Counted from the stretch's first letter, positions 1 through 11,868 are shown. The stretch is 64,000 bases of DNA from Paramoeba atlantica (GCA_977017575.1 CDRNVI010000045.1:62001-126000), one strand, 5' to 3'. The notes: a model not told the origin generated them from the sequence alone. A program made the numbers and translations.

Positions 1-556
1 TCATCGCGTGGTGGACCAGCAGCGTCCAGTGGTTCCGGTTCCCATAGACCCAGTGGTCCTTGAGCATGGCCCCCGCCACGGAACACACCGCATGTAAGTG
101 GTAGAGCGCAGCCACAGCGCCCATCCCGGGGGAAGAGCCCAGGCTGCTGAGTAATCCTATTGAACTACTACTCCCACCACTACTACTCCCATTATAATCA
201 TAACTACAATGGCTACTGTTGTATAGATTACATAAATCATACCTACTATTATGATGACTATTGACTAGATGTATATTCATATTATCATACCTACTGTAAT
301 AATAATACCCGTAGGTGAGTGCGGGTAGGATCAGTACCTGCTGGAGCAGGCTGCTGTGGTACGACCACAGGGGGTAGCCGTCGATGAGCCTGCCGGAGCC
401 GGGGAGTCGCTGGAGCTTGTACCCCAGGGAGGTGTGCAGGAGGGCCCAGGCCAGGGTGAGGAGGGTGGGGTGGGGGCCGGTGAGGGCGTGGAGGAGGGCG
501 AGGGAGAGGAGGGGGCAGAGGAGGCAGTTGAGGAGGGAGGAGAGGGTGGGGGACAT
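1..556 (-). CDS. TLC (TRAM/LAG1/CLN8)-domain-like membrane protein, 3' end runs off the window
   Basis: Manual translation from ATG 556 is open to base 1: MSPTLSSLLNCLLCPLLSLALLHALTG...YPLWSYHSSLLQQVLILPALTY...ALYHLHAVCSVAGAMLKDHWVYGNRNHWTLLVHHAM. Hydrophobic segments and an LLVHH motif. This frame is not in the ORF track. Confidence 0.55.
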   Translation of the reverse strand, partial: MSPTLSSLLNCLLCPLLSLALLHALTGPHPTLLTLAWALLHTSLGYKLQRLPGSGRLIDGYPLWSYHSSLLQQVLILPALTYGYYYYSRYDNMNIHLVNSHHNSRYDLCNLYNSSHCSYDYNGSSSGGSSSSIGLLSSLGSSPGMGAVAALYHLHAVCSVAGAMLKDHWVYGNRNHWTLLVHHAM

Positions 557-885
557 GGGGGGAGGGGGGAAAGATGGTGTGAATGTGGGGATAAAAGGTT
601 GAAAATGGGATTTTTTTTTTGTTTTTTAATTTTTTGTTTTAAAAAACGACGTAAAATGGGGAATAGGTTGAAGAGGGTCATGAGAGAAAAGAAATTTGGA
701 TACACAGCTTTGCCTCTGGTTGGTTAGAGGTGTAGAAAAAGAGAGTTGTTTGTGATTTATTTACAAAAGTTCATGATAAAGAGTTAGAATACACAATGGG
801 TTGCAGCGTGGCAAACACGGTAACGGAGTGTTTTAGGAACGATTGTGTCAGGAGAAATTCAAAGAAACCGCGAGGAAGATCCATT

Positions 886-1488
886 CTATACGATTTCGAC
901 CTTTGCTTGGTGCTTCTCGAATAATCCTTTCAATTTCTCTGCCTCCTCTTTGCCTAATTTCTTCGCCACAATCCCAGACTTTTCAATGGTTTGCTTCGCA
1001 TCCATCAGTCCGAGCTGCGTTACGGAGCGCAGTTCCTTGATAAGCTGTACCTTACTGGTGGGAGGATAGGAAACCAACTTTACGTCAAAGGAGGTCTGCT
1101 CCTTCTTCGGGGCCTCTTCAGCCGGTTCCGCTTCCTGGGTCGGTTTGGCAGCCGGAGCCGCTGCGGCGGCCGCCATGACCACCGGAGTACCTCCTCCCCC
1201 GCCCATGGACTGCAAAAGTGCCTTCTCGTAAAACTCTGGAGTATAACCCAATTCAACAAAAATTTGACGTTGCAGGGAAGTGAATTCTTTTAAAGAGAGC
1301 TTTGAGTAAGTCTGTGCAAGCTCGACAATTTTCGGTGACGGGAGTTCCGCGTTCTTCGGGGAGGGTGCCGATGAGGGGGAAGCAGTACAGGTACAGTAGT
1401 GTCGGTGAGGTACACGATAGTCGAAAATGGAAAAAGAAGGGCGATGGAATACGCGTTGCCTCCGATCCAGTTTCCGAAAAGGATACAT
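886..1488 (-). CDS. MRPL12: mitochondrial ribosomal protein L7/L12 (bL12m)
   Basis: LSLKEFTSL N-domain, Ala/Pro hinge, C-domain FDVKLVSY..SKVQLIKELRSVTQLGLMDAKQTIEK...EEAEKLKGLFEKHQAKVEIV. Confidence 0.92.
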   Translation of the reverse strand: MYPFRKLDRRQRVFHRPSFSIFDYRVPHRHYCTCTASPSSAPSPKNAELPSPKIVELAQTYSKLSLKEFTSLQRQIFVELGYTPEFYEKALLQSMGGGGGTPVVMAAAAAAPAAKPTQEAEPAEEAPKKEQTSFDVKLVSYPPTSKVQLIKELRSVTQLGLMDAKQTIEKSGIVAKKLGKEEAEKLKGLFEKHQAKVEIV

Positions 1489-1717
1489 TTGATGAGCAAA
1501 AGTAACTTTAATTTAGTTAAACTTTGATTATGAAAGTTTATAAACGTAGGAAAACTACAGTAGACGATACGACTACTACAGTAACATAAATAAACAAAAT
1601 TTTGCCCATGCAAGCTTGGGGAATGCAAGTAATATCAGAACAAAGTATGGCGCGAATTGAGTGAAACAGTTGGTGATCATTTTACGCAGAGAAGTGGGAA
1701 GACATGAGTGAGATGTC

Positions 1718-2198
1718 ATACAGATGCAGTTTCTGTACCTTGGTACAGACTTGCTAGCCCTTCTTTTCTTATGCTAGAAACAGGCATACATTTTCTCTTT
1801 CATGCCCGTTTCCCGTTCACGGCTAGCGGGAACTGTCCCTCTTTGTCGTGGAAGTAGGGGACGTATTTTTGACTCTTCATCCGTCCCCAGCTCACTCCTT
1901 GAGTGAGTTTTCTTCCCTTCCCGACCCTCTGTGTCTCGCGCTTTCCGGGGAGCCATGCACCATGATGGCCTCCCCGGAAGAACACTGGGCGTCGTTTTGT
2001 CTTGTCTTACACCGAGGCAGTGGTCGTTTGCATTGCGCCCCTACTGCTGCGTAAAGAGAGGCGAGTTGGATCCCTGTACCGACAGAGTCCGTGCTAAACC
2101 CTCGTTAGCGACATTCGCTGTGGGCGGATTATGTGCCAACCATATCGGGTGGTGTAGTAAGGATATTGTCTCTGCACAATAACAGGCGCATGATTATC
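1718..2198 (+). mobile_element. SL-headed short non-autonomous element, copy 1
   Basis: Starts ATACAGATGCAGTTTCTGTACCTTG-GTAC. Colinear with the reverse complement of 42422-42990 over ~480 bp, and both end ...GCGCATGA..ATC. Confidence 0.75.
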
Positions 2199-2903
2199 AA
2201 GCCAGGACCCTCACTGACGATCGGGGGTGCGAGATCCGAACGTCTCTACCAGTTTCCGCTTGTTCAAGGAGGCAACGACGTGTTTAACGACCACGCCGGG
2301 TACGGGAGCTGATGCCCTGCGGGAGGTTCCGGGTCGGTCCTCCAGACCTCAGACCTGCTCGGTGGACCTGTGAAACTGGCGCACACGAAACTTGAACTCA
2401 CAAAAATACGCTGCTCCTGTTCTTTGAACAGGAGCCCGGGGAAGCTTGTATCACACAACCCGCCAGCTAATCTCCTTTTCTCAGGCAGCAAGAGCTCGAC
2501 GAGCGGGTGTCGAGAATCAATTGTGTACAGGGCATTACGCGGTAGTTACATCATTTTTCAAAACCGTGATTTCCCTGCTTGGAACGCGAATGACGCTGCG
2601 GTAGGTGATGGGGAATAATAGTTGTCGGAAAGCTCGTATTGTGCTCGTCTTATAAAGCTTCATTTTCCGACACAACTTAAATCTCTGCACTATAAGTACA
2701 TGAACAATAAACTTCAGATTCGAAGTCGGGTGCACTAATGGCTAGAGCCGCCTCCACATGTCTCTGACTTCCCACATTGCTCTGTCCTCAAAAATTTTTG
2801 AGGTGTTCGATGTCACGGGGGTCTCAAAATAAATTCTGGAACAAATGGCTGAAAGGATGTCCTCTTGATCCTCATCATTCCCTACACGAGAGAACACGAA
2901 AGG

Positions 2904-2985
2904 CGGCCACTACCCAAGTGGCTATTTTATAACTTGAAATCAGGTGTGTTCTCACGTGCAGGTTCGAACCGCCACCGGAGGCAAA
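2904..2985 (+). pseudogene. degenerate tRNA-Ser(TGA)-like sequence
   Basis: CCAAGTGGCTA (D-loop/A-box-like), CT-TGA-AA anticodon loop at 2933-2939, variable arm GTGTG-TTCT-CACGT, GCAGGTTCGAACC (B-box). Acceptor and anticodon stems do not pair. Confidence 0.45.
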
Positions 2986-3220
2986 ATCAGACAAAATACT
3001 AACGACTCACTCGGCGTAAAGAATTCGCATGCCAGATCTCGCGAACACCCACAGTTCCTGAATTGTGACAGGTGTTAATGCTTTCCACTCCGCAATTAAA
3101 CACTGTACTGTTAAACTTTAATAGGCTACGGGGGGAAATGAGAAAAAAGCGTCTAGAAAACAATATAGAGGAACATCACACGTCTACATACAGTACATAC
3201 AGTACTACATTCGTCATTTA

Positions 3221-4054
3221 TTAGCACTTACGTGCATTGGGACTCGAATAGTCAGATTTTTTCAAAAAGAATTTTTTTAAATCCAATTGTCGCACGGCTC
3301 CAGTGTGTTTGTTAGGTGTTTGAACAGGCGGTGTTGGACTTTTGTTCTCCGTAGAATGCACGGAAGGAACTGGAGAAGATAAAATACATGGTGGAGATAC
3401 CGTAGGCTTTTCGTTCGAACACTGCGCGACCGATTGAACAGGTTCGCTGTCGTTCAAAGCACGTTTTGTACAATCGGGCGAATTCATATCAGGATCTTTT
3501 ATGAGGGATGCAGAAACAATTGCAGACTCGTTTCCGACGCTGGTATTCAAGTCCGACACCTTGTCCACATTCTTTAACAAAGCCTCCTCCCGAATTTCCA
3601 TACTCTGATTATCCGCTGAATCTGTGTATACATAAGATTCTAAAACAACCAACCCATTTTGACCTTTGACAAATTGTTTCGGACTTTTGGTAAGTTTCGA
3701 TTCTTCACGATTCATTTTGCTGCTCGGTGTGTTGCGCTCGTTATCATTTGTACGTTGCGACTTTGCAGTAGACTTCGTCGCAGCACTCAACCCGTCACGG
3801 TGCTTCGCTTCCTTCCCCCCATGAGGTGATTTGAGAGACGGGTGGACAGGGCGTGTTTTCGAAAGCATTAACGTGGGTTGGGTCGGTACGTGACTGGCCT
3901 TCTCTGTGGCCAAATCTGCTTTCGATGGTTCAGTAGACGGAGTATCATCCAGTCTTGCTAGAACATTAATGTTCTCCCTCTCACTGGAGAGAAACTCATC
4001 ACCGGAGTCGTCGTCCGTAATAATTCTTTTGACACCTGCTCGAGCTTGTGTCAT
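3221..4054 (-). CDS. disordered S/T/K-rich protein with C-terminal PIP-box-like motif
   Basis: 277-aa ATG ORF co-oriented with neighbours; QLDLKKFF near the C-terminus matches QxxLxxFF. Confidence 0.6.
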   Translation of the reverse strand: MTQARAGVKRIITDDDSGDEFLSSERENINVLARLDDTPSTEPSKADLATEKASHVPTQPTLMLSKTRPVHPSLKSPHGGKEAKHRDGLSAATKSTAKSQRTNDNERNTPSSKMNREESKLTKSPKQFVKGQNGLVVLESYVYTDSADNQSMEIREEALLKNVDKVSDLNTSVGNESAIVSASLIKDPDMNSPDCTKRALNDSEPVQSVAQCSNEKPTVSPPCILSSPVPSVHSTENKSPTPPVQTPNKHTGAVRQLDLKKFFLKKSDYSSPNARKC

Positions 4055-4279
4055 GGTGCGTACTTAAGTTTGCGAAGGTTTTGCCTTGTACTGTAAATTC
4101 ATGACAAAATAGAGATACAGATAGACATTAAACGTTTCGTATTAAGGACTAGTTTGTTAACAAACCAATTAAAACATGTAGAATTACGAACGGAATACAT
4201 GTTTTCTGACATAAGTTTTAATCAGAACGGTTTTTTAACCAATGACGCATGACTAAAAAAATGGTCCCGAACCGCCTTA

Positions 4280-5062
4280 TTACACCAGCAACACGGCGTT
4301 AATCACACCATCAAGTTCGGGATTATTCGTAACCTGGGCGTATTTCCCCCAGACCACCTTCCCGCTGGGGGTCACCAAGCCGAGCTCGCTGACATTCACC
4401 TCAATCACTGTACCCTTGGTGATCACCCCGAGGGTAGTGTACACCCGACTTTGGGGATTCTTCTTCACCCCTATGATCGGGAGCGTGAACGTGGTCTTCA
4501 GCTCGGGGTGCGTCACCTGGGCCTTCTTCTGTCGCAGCCCCATGGGACGAATAAACCGCTCGTATTTCGGCATCTTTCGCGTGAAACTCTCCCCCACGAA
4601 GGTGACCTTGTTAATCATCCGTTTCCAGGACTTTTTCCCCCGCTTCCCACTCGTGACGACCTGAAACATCTCGTCCTCCACCATGGACTTCACTTTCGGG
4701 ATCGGCACCGACCACTTCCCCGCCTTCTCCTTCCGTTTCTGTTTTAAACTGTTACTGAGCACTTTGCTGCGCTCCGTCTCGGCGCGGTCCATGAGAAACG
4801 CAGGCAGCGCCCCCTCCGTGGTGGGTTTGATCTTTTGGTGGGGCGCGAGTTTCTCTTGGTGGGCTCTCATGCGTTTCCGGATCTCCGCTTTCTCCTTGTA
4901 GCGGCGCGAGGAGGCGATCTTAGCCTTAAACCCCCGCGTGGTTTTGAGTTTCTTCGCCTGTTTGTGGTGACCCCGGGCGAGACGCTTTCGGGAGCGTTCC
5001 GGGGCGTCGAGCTGTCGCCCGTACCGTTTCTGTGCGAGCTCAATGTACTCGTTCTGCGGCAT
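4280..5062 (-). CDS. NSA2: ribosome biogenesis protein NSA2
   Basis: MPQNEYIE start (ATG 5062) gives 260 aa; [69 protein letters not shown]. Confidence 0.97.
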   Translation of the reverse strand: MPQNEYIELAQKRYGRQLDAPERSRKRLARGHHKQAKKLKTTRGFKAKIASSRRYKEKAEIRKRMRAHQEKLAPHQKIKPTTEGALPAFLMDRAETERSKVLSNSLKQKRKEKAGKWSVPIPKVKSMVEDEMFQVVTSGKRGKKSWKRMINKVTFVGESFTRKMPKYERFIRPMGLRQKKAQVTHPELKTTFTLPIIGVKKNPQSRVYTTLGVITKGTVIEVNVSELGLVTPSGKVVWGKYAQVTNNPELDGVINAVLLV

Positions 5063-5298
5063 AGGATAGTTATAGAGGAAGGGAAGAAAAGATAAGAAAG
5101 GGGTAGTGCTAGGAAAGGATAGGGAAACACTCCGTATTTCGAGAGCTCTCCAATGCGCTATTATTTTATAAAATGGGATAAGTTTTACAAAATTTTCACT
5201 ACTATGGTATGTGCCTTTTTCGTACACGCCCCTGTATAAATATTTGGAGCGTTGTGCACAGTAATGCATGGCTCCTTGCAGTATTTGAGGATATTCGA

Positions 5299-6186
5299 TT
5301 ACCAAGCATCAAGAGGTGTAGCAATGAGGGAAGGTAACCGTCCTAAATCACATCTCAAAGACTGTGGATGTGGAATGGGTTCCACTGAAGAAGTATTATT
5401 TCCTTTAAGGTCAATTAAAATCAAATATTTCGATGCGGTTCGGAGGTCAACATGCCCAGTAAACGAGTTATTTTTCAGGAAGACGTATTTCAACGTCGAT
5501 GGAACAGAATTAAGGTTCAATTCACCGCTCAGTTTATTATTGTCGATGTCAAGGCGTACGAGCGTAGTTGGTAAGCTCTTAAGAATCAGGCGCCCATAAA
5601 ACATGTTGTTGGCAAGATACAGTTTTTCTAGCGTGGAGGGTAAGGTGGTCAAGTCAAGCTCCCCATAAAGTAAATTTTCTTGAAGATCTAATATGGTTAG
5701 ACCTTGAGGTAAACAAGATAGAGACACCGACCCCTCAAACCGATTTTTCGCCACTCCAAAATCAATCAGATCCGAAGGAAGCTCATCTAAGTCGATTCCC
5801 CCCGTCATGTCGTTGGCATCTATGATAAACGTTTCGAGTCGCGGTGGCAACTCCAAAACCGGAAGACTGCCGGTAATTTTATTCAGACGTTCCCAGCTAA
5901 AATACTTTCCCAGAATCACGGTCTGTACAGTAACTGGAATATGGCACCAGGATATTGTACCTCGAAGCTCCATAGCGGGCCACTTTATTTCGTCAACTTG
6001 ACCACTCACCACACACGTTACGCCGTGCCACGCACACGCGTGTGTCTCTGTAGTCCATGAGGGATCACGACTCGAAATGTTGCTCACAACACGGGCGAGA
6101 TCATACTCTTGCGGAAGGGAAGGACCGCGTACGCGAGCCGGCTTTCGTACAGGGGCACTGTCCGAGGCATGCAGGATGAACCACAT
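5299..6186 (-). CDS. leucine-rich repeat protein (LRRNT cap + LPxxLxxLxLxxNxLxG repeats)
   Basis: PQEYDL..., CAWHGVTC cap, about 8 LRRs. Confidence 0.85.
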   Translation of the reverse strand: MWFILHASDSAPVRKPARVRGPSLPQEYDLARVVSNISSRDPSWTTETHACAWHGVTCVVSGQVDEIKWPAMELRGTISWCHIPVTVQTVILGKYFSWERLNKITGSLPVLELPPRLETFIIDANDMTGGIDLDELPSDLIDFGVAKNRFEGSVSLSCLPQGLTILDLQENLLYGELDLTTLPSTLEKLYLANNMFYGRLILKSLPTTLVRLDIDNNKLSGELNLNSVPSTLKYVFLKNNSFTGHVDLRTASKYLILIDLKGNNTSSVEPIPHPQSLRCDLGRLPSLIATPLDAW

Positions 6187-6273
6187 GATTTAAAGTAGAT
6201 ACGCTCAAAAGGCTTTGAATATTTATCAATACTTATTGCTGATAAATCTTCAAATGATCAGTAAAGTTTATTA

Positions 6274-6546
6274 CCGTATACCCCCCAGTAATAGAATCGA
6301 TTTTGAACCCAAATGGCCAAATCTCTGTTACTGGGGGGGTATGCTTTTTTGGTGGGAAAAGACCTTTTTGTTCATGGGTGCATTGATTTTCTGTCCAGAC
6401 AACCCCGCAACTACGCCATTCGCTCCCGCGCAACCGCCCTCACCCAGCCCAGCGATCCCCACCCGCTCAAACACCCCCTCCCCCTCCAACCACCCTCCGA
6501 GCTAAATGTCTGTTACTGGGGGGGTCTATTACTGGGGGGTATACGG
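6274..6546. mobile_element. MITE, pogo/Tc1-like, 273 bp
   Basis: TA|CCGTATACCCCCCAGTAATAG ... CTATTACTGGGGGGTATACGG|TA; second copy at 47076-47344. Confidence 0.85.
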
Positions 6547-7234
6547 TAATATTACTCACGACTATCAATACCTACCGGATGGTTCTTCTTTTTTATTTTT
6601 CCGAAATGAAACTCTCAACGTTTCCGGCGTGCCAAGGAGTCCGGATGGGCATATCTGAGGTATTTTCTTTTCAGTTATTTTGTTTCTAATCAAAATGTTT
6701 TTTCTTATTGATTAAGCTTTACTCATTGTTATCGTTTTATTCGTTCTAACACCAAATATTGCAGTGCTTCGAAAAATGGGACGTTCGATGAAGTGTGTTC
6801 CTTGAAATAAGCGTTCACGTCAAATTCGGAACAGAGAAGCGGTGATTGATGCAAATCCGGTCAAACTTTTGAAGAAGAGAATTGTCCTTCGAACGAATGT
6901 ACCGTTCGCGTGATTCATGTTTGCAAGAAATGAAATGCTTTAAAATACTTCTGTTTGCGGTGCAGTTGAAAAGGGGGATTTGAACCCTAAGTAAAACAGC
7001 TGTCATTCAATTTTCACGAAATCGAAATCATGCGAAAGTTTTCCCTCTCATTTCCCACATTTCTGGAAAATTGGGGATTGTGGTGTTGCGAGTTAAAATC
7101 GATGTAGAAACGACACGTACCATATGAACGTGGTTGGTGACTCAACACTCTGAAGTTCACGCGAAAACACGCGTGAAGATGTAAATGCACATGCAGATCC
7201 TCTGTAACTCCATTTTTACAAGGAAAATAAGCTC

Positions 7235-8002
7235 CTACTTTTCCTTCTCCCACGGCGTAAACGAGGTGCCACAGGAGCACGAGGTATCGGCGTTGGGGTT
7301 ATTCGTAATCACAAACGCCGAACCTTTGAGCTCACTGTGGAAATCTAACGTGGAGCCCTTCAGCGCGCTCATACACACGCGCCGTATCACGACACCGCCT
7401 TCCGGGAAACGTAATAAAACATCCTTGTCCGGGGAATACTTCTGTGCTGACTCGAACGTAAACGCGTAGGAGAGTCCTTGACAACCGCCCGGGGTAAGAT
7501 CTACGCGCAGGGCGGAAAAGGAGGACTTCGTATTGTTTGTTTCATCCTGGTGCTTATTTATAACGGTAGGCGAAGCGGAAGGTATCGAAGGCTGGTCGTT
7601 TTGCAGTTCATCTTTTCGCTGTTCATCTTGCAGAAGAGGGGATGTAAAATTTCCGCTTGCCGTTGAGTCACTTAGGGGGGAGCTCTCGATTGCCGAAGGT
7701 TTCTCCCTTTTTGGGTTTATGACTTCATCCCCATCGTTTCGGGTGCGAAGATAATGTTGTATGCGCGATCGTGCGCTACGAGTGAGATAGAGTAGGGGCA
7801 CAGACAACGGCGATGAGTTTGGATTGACATATAAAGGCAGCAAGTCTGTTTGTGTGGGATCTACATGTGGAGTTCTGGGGGTCGAGGTGAGGGTCGTCAC
7901 ACTTCTTTGTTTGTTCTCCTCGTTGGCGAAATTGGGTCGCTGCACAACTGTTTTGTACGGCACGCACAGACGCTTATGGAAGAAACGCAACACACCTTTC
8001 AT
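7235..8002 (-). CDS. IscA/HesB-family Fe-S cluster assembly protein (Isa1/Isa2-like), mitochondrial
   Basis: LRVDLTPGGCQGLSYAF, LKGSTLDFHSELKGSAFVITNNPNA, CSCGTSF; presequence-like N-terminus. Confidence 0.9.
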   Translation of the reverse strand: MKGVLRFFHKRLCVPYKTVVQRPNFANEENKQRSVTTLTSTPRTPHVDPTQTDLLPLYVNPNSSPLSVPLLYLTRSARSRIQHYLRTRNDGDEVINPKREKPSAIESSPLSDSTASGNFTSPLLQDEQRKDELQNDQPSIPSASPTVINKHQDETNNTKSSFSALRVDLTPGGCQGLSYAFTFESAQKYSPDKDVLLRFPEGGVVIRRVCMSALKGSTLDFHSELKGSAFVITNNPNADTSCSCGTSFTPWEKEK

Positions 8003-8263
8003 CGTGCTACTTTAAGAATTGCTGGATTCCTCACGCTTTGAGCTGACCTTCGCATTGAAAACCATGAGTGAAAACGTATTTTCTGACTGCTTATTTTCTG
8101 ACCGAACTATATTTTTGTAATCAATAGTTTAGTGCTGTAGAAAAGCCGTAGATCTAAGATCTACATAATTGGCGTACGTTACACAATGGGGGGGTTCTCG
8201 GACTCGCTGACTTTTAAAGCGATTTTTTTTAATTTAGGGTTTGATGAAAAAGAAAGGACGAAA

Positions 8264-8640
8264 TACTGTGCCCCCCCACCACTTGTTTGTTTTTTTCGAC
8301 GAAGCCTAGGAGATCCGGCACCGTGACCCGACAACACCCCTCAACCCTGTCTCATCTTGCCAACGATCATTCTGCCCCACAACCCTCTTCATGTCATCCC
8401 CGTCGCCCTGACGATACCCCCCCTGCCCCATGAGTCGGTGCTCTATCAAATTGTATCAATATGACAGTCAAAACTATCACGACATCAGTATTCGAAAAAA
8501 ATCTAGCACCTGACCACTCAACAGAAACTAACTGTGTCAGTCTGATGAGTCGGCAGAAAAGCTAAGTCAAAGGTATTCTGTAAACTTTCGTACCGTTTCT
8601 CGAATAAAAAAGAAAGGCGCAGAATTTTTTCAAAAGATTG
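8264..8640 (+). mobile_element. pogo-like transposon relic (one TIR plus HTH fragment)
   Basis: TACTGTGCCCCCCC TIR-like end; LCQSDESAEKLSQRYSVNFRTVSRIKK (~8540-8620) resembles ICRSQDSVKAIREKYGISQRTVYDIR of the pogo ORF at 61998-62972. Confidence 0.5.
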
Positions 8641-9409
8641 TTAACAATGGTAGTCCAGAAAACCCCCGAGAGATCCATGAACTGCGAGTGTCAACTTGCA
8701 ATAGCGAAAGTTGACCGAGATCTAATCGAACAGCACTCAATAATCGAACAGACTCACTAATCAAACAGACAACTTATCGAACAGCACAGTGTTATTTCAA
8801 AGGAAATAATAGTGTTTGACGAAACGTGAGGTGTGCAATAACAAACGAAATGGAAACCATAACAATATTCTTGGCCGGCCTGTATGATATGAAAAATCAG
8901 AGAGCTGTTGAGTAGAAGTCTTGAGCACTGATGAAACACTTTTCATTCTAGGACAAGGCTAATTTCCGCGCCAACTATCATGCAGCATAACAATTTTTGC
9001 ATGCCTGTACTAACTCAAAAGCACACTGCGCTTGCCTCTGGGCGCAAATCAAAATTGAGAAAGTAGGGCCGGGACCTCCTCGTGGTCTTCCGTGGTACTG
9101 CCACCTTACTGATGGTCCTAACGCTGAACTAAGAACATTTGTAAACAGACACATATTTTGAAGCATACATGTATTGTTTTCCCACACTTAATTGTCACAG
9201 ACTTACCCCCACGCTATTTGTCTTTTTTCAAAAAGGAGGTGACGAATAAGTCGGGGAGCACAGTATTAGATAACTCTGAAAATGATACTCTTAGAATGTC
9301 TTTTGCAAAAAAAAGGTGTCTTTTTGCACAAAAACACAGATTTTGCTTGGCCTTTTCTTTAATTGTTTTCCCACTGAACTGCATTTTCTGCAGCTCTAAA
9401 CTTTCTGTC

Positions 9410-10217
9410 TCAATCGAATTCCTGTGGTATGCCGATGAATATTTCGAGTATGCGACGCGCAATATTTCCATTGGGAAAGAATCGAATGTTAATCACTCCT
9501 GCAAAGGGGTCAACAGTACTGAGCCAAAGAGCTCCTTCACCCTGCAATCCAATGTTACTTCCCAGTGTCAAAAGACTTAGACTTTGGGGCAGACTGGCAA
9601 ACACGATCGTTCCCGAGAGAGTTATTTTCTAGGGAAAGCTCTTCAAAGTGCAACGGTAAGTATCGTAAGTCAGGAGTGCCTGTAAACGCATTGTGCGACA
9701 GATCCAAAGCTGTAAGTTGAGGCGGTAGCGCTGCGAGAGATATCGATCCAGAGAAGCAATTACGAGAAATCCAGAGTGTAGCCATGCTCCTGGGCAGTGC
9801 ATCCAATTCGCAATTACCAACGAACTCATTGCTTGTAAGGCCCAAATATTCCATAAAGTGTGGAAGAATCGACCACGGCACTACACCAGACATTTTTTTG
9901 CTGTTAATTGTAAAGGCATACAAGGATTTTGGTAAGTACTGCCATTGTAATTCGCCGCCTAGACATTCGTTATACTCCAAATGTCCCCAACCAATGCTGG
10001 TTACATTACCGGTAGAGGTACATCTGACCCCCTTCCATTCACATCCTGGGGTATTTTCGGTCCATGTCGCATGCTTTGTTCCCGTAACCTTTTGTATCAG
10101 ACGTGCAAGAGTGTATTCGATCGGGAGATTCGTTGAGGAAACCTTGCCCACGCGCGGTGCATCGCTTGCAAGAAGACTGAATGGAGGAATAGGCATGTAT
10201 AAAGGTAAAATATGCAT
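9410..10217 (-). pseudogene. LRR protein, frameshifted near 9615
   Basis: CEWKGVRC cap and LRRs. The repeat pattern continues in another frame (SGTIVFASLPQSLSLLTLGSN) after a TCTCTC dinucleotide run. Confidence 0.7.
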
Positions 10218-10392
10218 GCAGGATAACACGGATAAAATATTTTGTGGGCCGCAGAGCACAAATTATATTTTTACTTGGTGAAACACTTATACAGGTTTGT
10301 TTGATGCCAAATCTAACGCGAAACTCATTATTAAAAAAGAAAGTTATCAAAGCAAACTTCATTAAAGGTACCCACCAGGATGCGTTTATTCA

Positions 10393-11097
10393 CTAGAACT
10401 CGTCCTCTTCCTCCTCATCCTCATCTTCCTCGTCCACGCCATCCACATCCTCACTCCCCGTTTCCGCGCTCTGTAATTTCCTCGCGTCATGCACGGCCTT
10501 CATCTCACGCTCCCTCTCCACGTGTTTCGGTATCCGCGGGTTGTTACACAAATCCAACGTTCGGTTACAGGTAAACGTCAAGAACGCCTCAAACGACTCC
10601 AGGGGGTCGTTCGTATCCTCCCTCATTAAATCCGTCAGCTCCGCCTCGAATTCATCAAAATCTTCTTTACACAAACTCTCACAGACGGTTTTGGAGACCG
10701 CCCGGAGCGCTGCACGGTCCTCCGGGTTATAAAACACCGCAGGCGGCAGGGAATGATCTGTGGAGAAGACGCGCAAATTGCGCTGCGGGTCATACCGCAG
10801 GGCGCACTCATCGCCCATCTCCACACAGATGTTCTCCATGATTTCAATCCCCTGGAGCTCGGAGCCGTAGTACTTTTTCCGTTTGATTTTGTTGCTTTTG
10901 TTGAGACGCCCGCTGGTTTGAAAGGTCGCGTCTTTTGTTTTCTCCAAGTGGGTCTGGAGCTCATCCCAGATTTTACGCGCGACGGTCTCGCAGATGGAGC
11001 ACTTGAGGTGGCGGTACTCGTGGAGCGGGTCAGCGGAGACGGGGGAGAGGGAGAGGGGGGTGAGGAGGAGAGGGAGGAGGAGGGAGGAGAGGGACAT
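10393..11097 (-). CDS. canopy/DUF3456 (saposin-B-like) ER protein
   Basis: Signal peptide, KCSICETV, YYGSELQGIEIMENIC, CESL, FTCNRTLDLC, acidic tail ending EDEF. Confidence 0.8.
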   Translation of the reverse strand: MSLSSLLLPLLLTPLSLSPVSADPLHEYRHLKCSICETVARKIWDELQTHLEKTKDATFQTSGRLNKSNKIKRKKYYGSELQGIEIMENICVEMGDECALRYDPQRNLRVFSTDHSLPPAVFYNPEDRAALRAVSKTVCESLCKEDFDEFEAELTDLMREDTNDPLESFEAFLTFTCNRTLDLCNNPRIPKHVEREREMKAVHDARKLQSAETGSEDVDGVDEEDEDEEEEDEF

Positions 11098-11868
11098 GGA
11101 AATAAAGGGGTCTGAAATAGCGTAGAATGGCCTTAAAAGAGAATTTTCATAAACAAAATTACGAAAGAAGTACCTTAAAGGAATAAAAATTTGTAAAAGA
11201 AAAATTCTAAAATATTGGATAAAATTTGTTGGTCTGCATTAAATCTATCAAACCGTTTAAAGTTTAAACCACGACATGAAAGAGATATTTGATAGGTGTA
11301 GGGCTACCATGGTGGAAGGAAACAATGTGGTAGAGTGTAGAGAGATAAGCTCGAAACGGCAAAGAAGAGGAAAGGAAAAGATAATCAGAAAGGATGTACA
11401 GGGTTAGAAAATGTCAGGTGTTGTGTAAAAAGTCATGCTGTATAAAATGTTTAGGAAATGTCCGCTACAAAAAAAAGAGGAAGGAAATGATTTATAAAGT
11501 GAAGGATGTACAAATGTACAATGTACAAATATACAATTCTAAATCACTTTTGGATGGAACATGATAAGCAAGCAAGAAATAAAAAACGAAGTGAATCAAT
11601 AAATGGGGTAGAACAAAGATGCATCGCTCAAGTAGAGTAAAGAGATTGTCGTGTAATTTCTGAAGTAGGGCAGGTGCATTCGCCTTTGTGAAGTTAGTTT
11701 CGTTACATAGAGCCATAATTTTTGGCAGTACTAGTTTCGAAGTTTTTCTCGTGCTCAAAAACGTGTCTGGGTGGTATACATTTTTGGATGTTTGGGGGGT
11801 ACATACATTTTTTTTCGCGAATGTTTTTACTAATAAAGATCAGCCCAGCGTGAACTCATTACAGCACA

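Noticed and set aside
2199-2740. CRE ORF1 continuing after SL-headed copy 1
   Set aside because: Only short ORFs and no convincing C2H2 or other motif.
5063-5305. N-terminal extension of NSA2 in the ORF track
   Set aside because: The conserved protein starts at MPQNEY; the extension is AT-rich UTR/polypyrimidine sequence.
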